Positions 61,204-64,000 of a DNA stretch of 64,000 nucleotides are shown here, piece after piece. The DNA is taken from assembly GCA_020137815.1 (NCBI GenBank), contig CM035362.1, positions 3,162,001 through 3,226,000 of the forward strand. The letters run 5' to 3'. The notes beneath the pieces were generated by a model. The model saw only the letters and a program-made list of their open reading frames with translations, was not told the DNA's origin and did not search any database. Source of the DNA: Hormiphora californensis. Its lineage: Eukaryota > Animalia > Ctenophora. Made by a program: the position numbers and the translations under genes. Position 1 is the stretch's first letter; every line of letters begins with the position of its first letter.

Positions 61204-64000
61204 GGCCGTATTCCCGAAGGGTGACTGGGAATTATAGGATCACTATTGTAGAAGACAATGATATATCGATTATAGAAGATCTGCACCAGATAGCTATCTG
61301 GCACGTGATTCCGATTAACCCGGGGCCGGTGCAGATCTCGATCAACAAACACACCTGCTGTTTTTTGCGTTATCATAATTTTAGGAAAAGTATAAACGAC
61401 AATATCAGACATAGACTATGCGAGCTGAGAACTCTATGAAAAAAAAAAGAATAAAGTTTATTTGGAGCAGATGTAAAATAGTGATAAGCCGTGAGTAAAG
61501 ATCTAATTGTGCAGGAATTGGTGCTATATAACTGGGGTTATATAACTGGTTTGTTTTCTGTTCATATCCAACGCGACGGTAGAAACTAAAACGGTTTATA
61601 ATACTGAACTTGAAGGCCTCGATATTTGCTACAGACTCAGTACAACATTGTGCAAATTTCAAAGAGCCTCTCGTCTAATTGCGGGAAATGAACTCTGGTA
61701 GTTGCACCTGGTGATCTCGTTGCATCTTTTCCAACTATAGATCTGCAGATCTCACAACAAATAATTCTCATGGGAAATTCTATCATGAGATATGTATCAT
61801 AAAATATAAAATCATGGGCAGGATATTCGTCACACCTGTCAGAGCATTGTCCTGACAGCGTCACACTGCAAATGAACATTGCGAAATATGCCCCCTTATG
61901 AATAAAAATGAATGCATTCTGTACAAGGATCCAACATACTTATGGAGAACGATCTCAATTAAGAAATTTCCGAATACTATAGTATCCTTGAGAACTTCCA
62001 AGTTCTACTTGGATAGGCCGCCAAACATCACCTTAAACGCTCCAAGGAGTTATGACTCCTTGGAGCGTTTGAGGCGATATTTTTTGCATCTAATGCATCT
62101 ATAGTCCAAATCGCAGCACTAACAAACAAGGACATCTCTAGGACATTATCGAATACTATAGAGTGTTGTATGAAGAAGAGAATATAACTGTCTGGGCTGT
62201 GACACATGCCACCTAGTCGGATAAATATCACTGATTTATTAGGGGATCCACCCCTCCTACGCATTAACGTCATTCTGCCAAGAGTCGTGACTCAAGAATA
62301 GAATCAAATCTATGAACTTCATTTTAGTCGAAAGGGCTTTGAATCTATCATAATAAATGTAAAATATATTCCACCGGATGGAAAGGACAAAAAAGTAAGT
62401 ATTTTGTGACTGTGCAACAAGCTCCCTCATGCTAGCTTTGGTGAGACATCCCTGACACATTCTAATGTAATGAGAGGGTGGCCATCCGTAGCTTAAATTG
62501 GGGCAATAACTCTCCCCAGCTCTCTACCATCCTCCTACAGCTCTTGAATGAATATGGTAACTCTCCTTCTCTCTCTCTCCTCTTTTTCTTTGCCTCTCAT
62601 GTTCGGTTCTCTCCCTTCCCTCTGAGTTAACGAATTCTCTGATTCAATTAAGAAAAGTATAGGCTAGAGGGAACAGGGGGACAGCTATAACAGCATGATT
62701 TATTTAAACAACAGAACCCTCATTGAGACAACAAAACTATATGCTTGGTAAGAAACAGAAAGTGAAACAACCTGATGTTACAGGTATGAATTACTGAAAA
62801 CTGAGTTTCAGTCACGGCTGCTTCCCCCATTGTCTCCAAAAAACGCGACACTGAAACCATATAATGCTTTAAGACGTGAAGTTGAAATAACTTTAAACTT
62901 TTCAAGAAAATAAAGTTTTTCATGCGTTTTCTGCAAGAAAGTATGTTATAGATGGAATTGTAACAATAGAATTTCTATTAGAGATCAGACAGTGATATAA
63001 AACATTGCAGGTGTTATAGAAGCAAAGTTAAAACACCACATCAACACAGACTGGATTGCACTTGCAGTGGGTTGTGAACATTTTGTCATGAGTAACAAGG
63101 CTGCTTGCAGTAGGAAGAATTAGGTATCGTTTAAATACTGTACCAGAAGCTGAAGGGCCCCCGTAATCCGCTGCCTTAGGCAGCGGATTACGGGGGCCCG
63201 GATGAGATGCCCATACCAGACGCCCGTACCAGCAGCCCGTACATCTGATTTGCGCAATAATGAAAGGTCACGTGATAAGACCTAGTGCACAGGGATAGCC
63301 TGTGACTGCGCACATGTGATAGATAACAGCCAATCAGAATGCAGCTAGTGAGTGAGAGAGAGCAAGATAGTAACACGCGGCGCATTGGCACGTGCATCTT
63401 GGGCGCTGGCAGGATTTTACATGCTGTAACATATTACAGCCAATCAGAATGCAGCTAGTGAGTGAGAGAGAGCAAGAGAGTACGGGCTGCTGGTACGGGC
63501 GGTTGGTCCGGGATATTTTTCTGCCCCCGTAATCCCCTGACTAAGTATATAATTCACCTTTAATTTGATCTCCCATTCTATTGTCTGGTATCATATGATG
63601 TATGTGGTTGATTGGACCACAAAGACCTGTGAATTAGTTATTGATTAGAAAGATATCATCAAAATGTTCTGAATATGGAGGACCCGATAGTGATTTAACT
63701 TTCGTTCCATTCAACCAAGATCTTGATTGTATCATAATTGAACCACAAAGGTCGGGAAAATAGCTAAAATATGGAAAAAGTAAAACGAGTTTCGTTTTGA
63801 GGTAACGCTGGTTCAGCACGAAAATGTGAAAAGAAAAACTTCTTTACATGAATAATAGATAACGATAGATATCTGGGACACTCTACAGTCTACTCTTTGC
63901 CACACAACAATGGATTGAACCAAAACATCTAAGGCAGCGTATTACGGGGTCCCATCTGTAAGAACAGGAGTTATAAGCCAAAAAAGTGAAAAATCGATTG

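Overview
This is eukaryotic (animal) genomic DNA, most likely from a ctenophore. That inference rests on a 43-nt spliced-leader exon that, from memory, matches the ctenophore SL. By hand-splicing GT-AG introns I reconstructed five protein-coding genes: a 22-exon type IV collagen chain (61-11764, +; start codon upstream of the window), three class-A-like GPCRs (about 15186-34391 -, 53069-54332 +, 55376-56962 -) and a 139-aa secreted CAP/SCP-like protein (41089-42334, +). The main feature is a tandem array of about 0.8-kb units, each pairing a spliced-leader (SL) RNA gene with a 5S rRNA gene (11 5S and 9 SL copies). The array, a 62-bp satellite and two intronless ORFs all lie inside one 15-kb intron of the first GPCR, and a 12.9-kb internal part appears inverted. 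Many introns contain tandem or duplicated copies of their own splice signals. Non-autonomous DNA transposons (hAT-, Tc1/mariner-, piggyBac- and Harbinger-like, several near-palindromic) are abundant. Roughly 22.8-32.7 kb looks like poorly polished consensus, so copy-level variation there is unreliable. All gene models were assembled by eye and no database searches were run.
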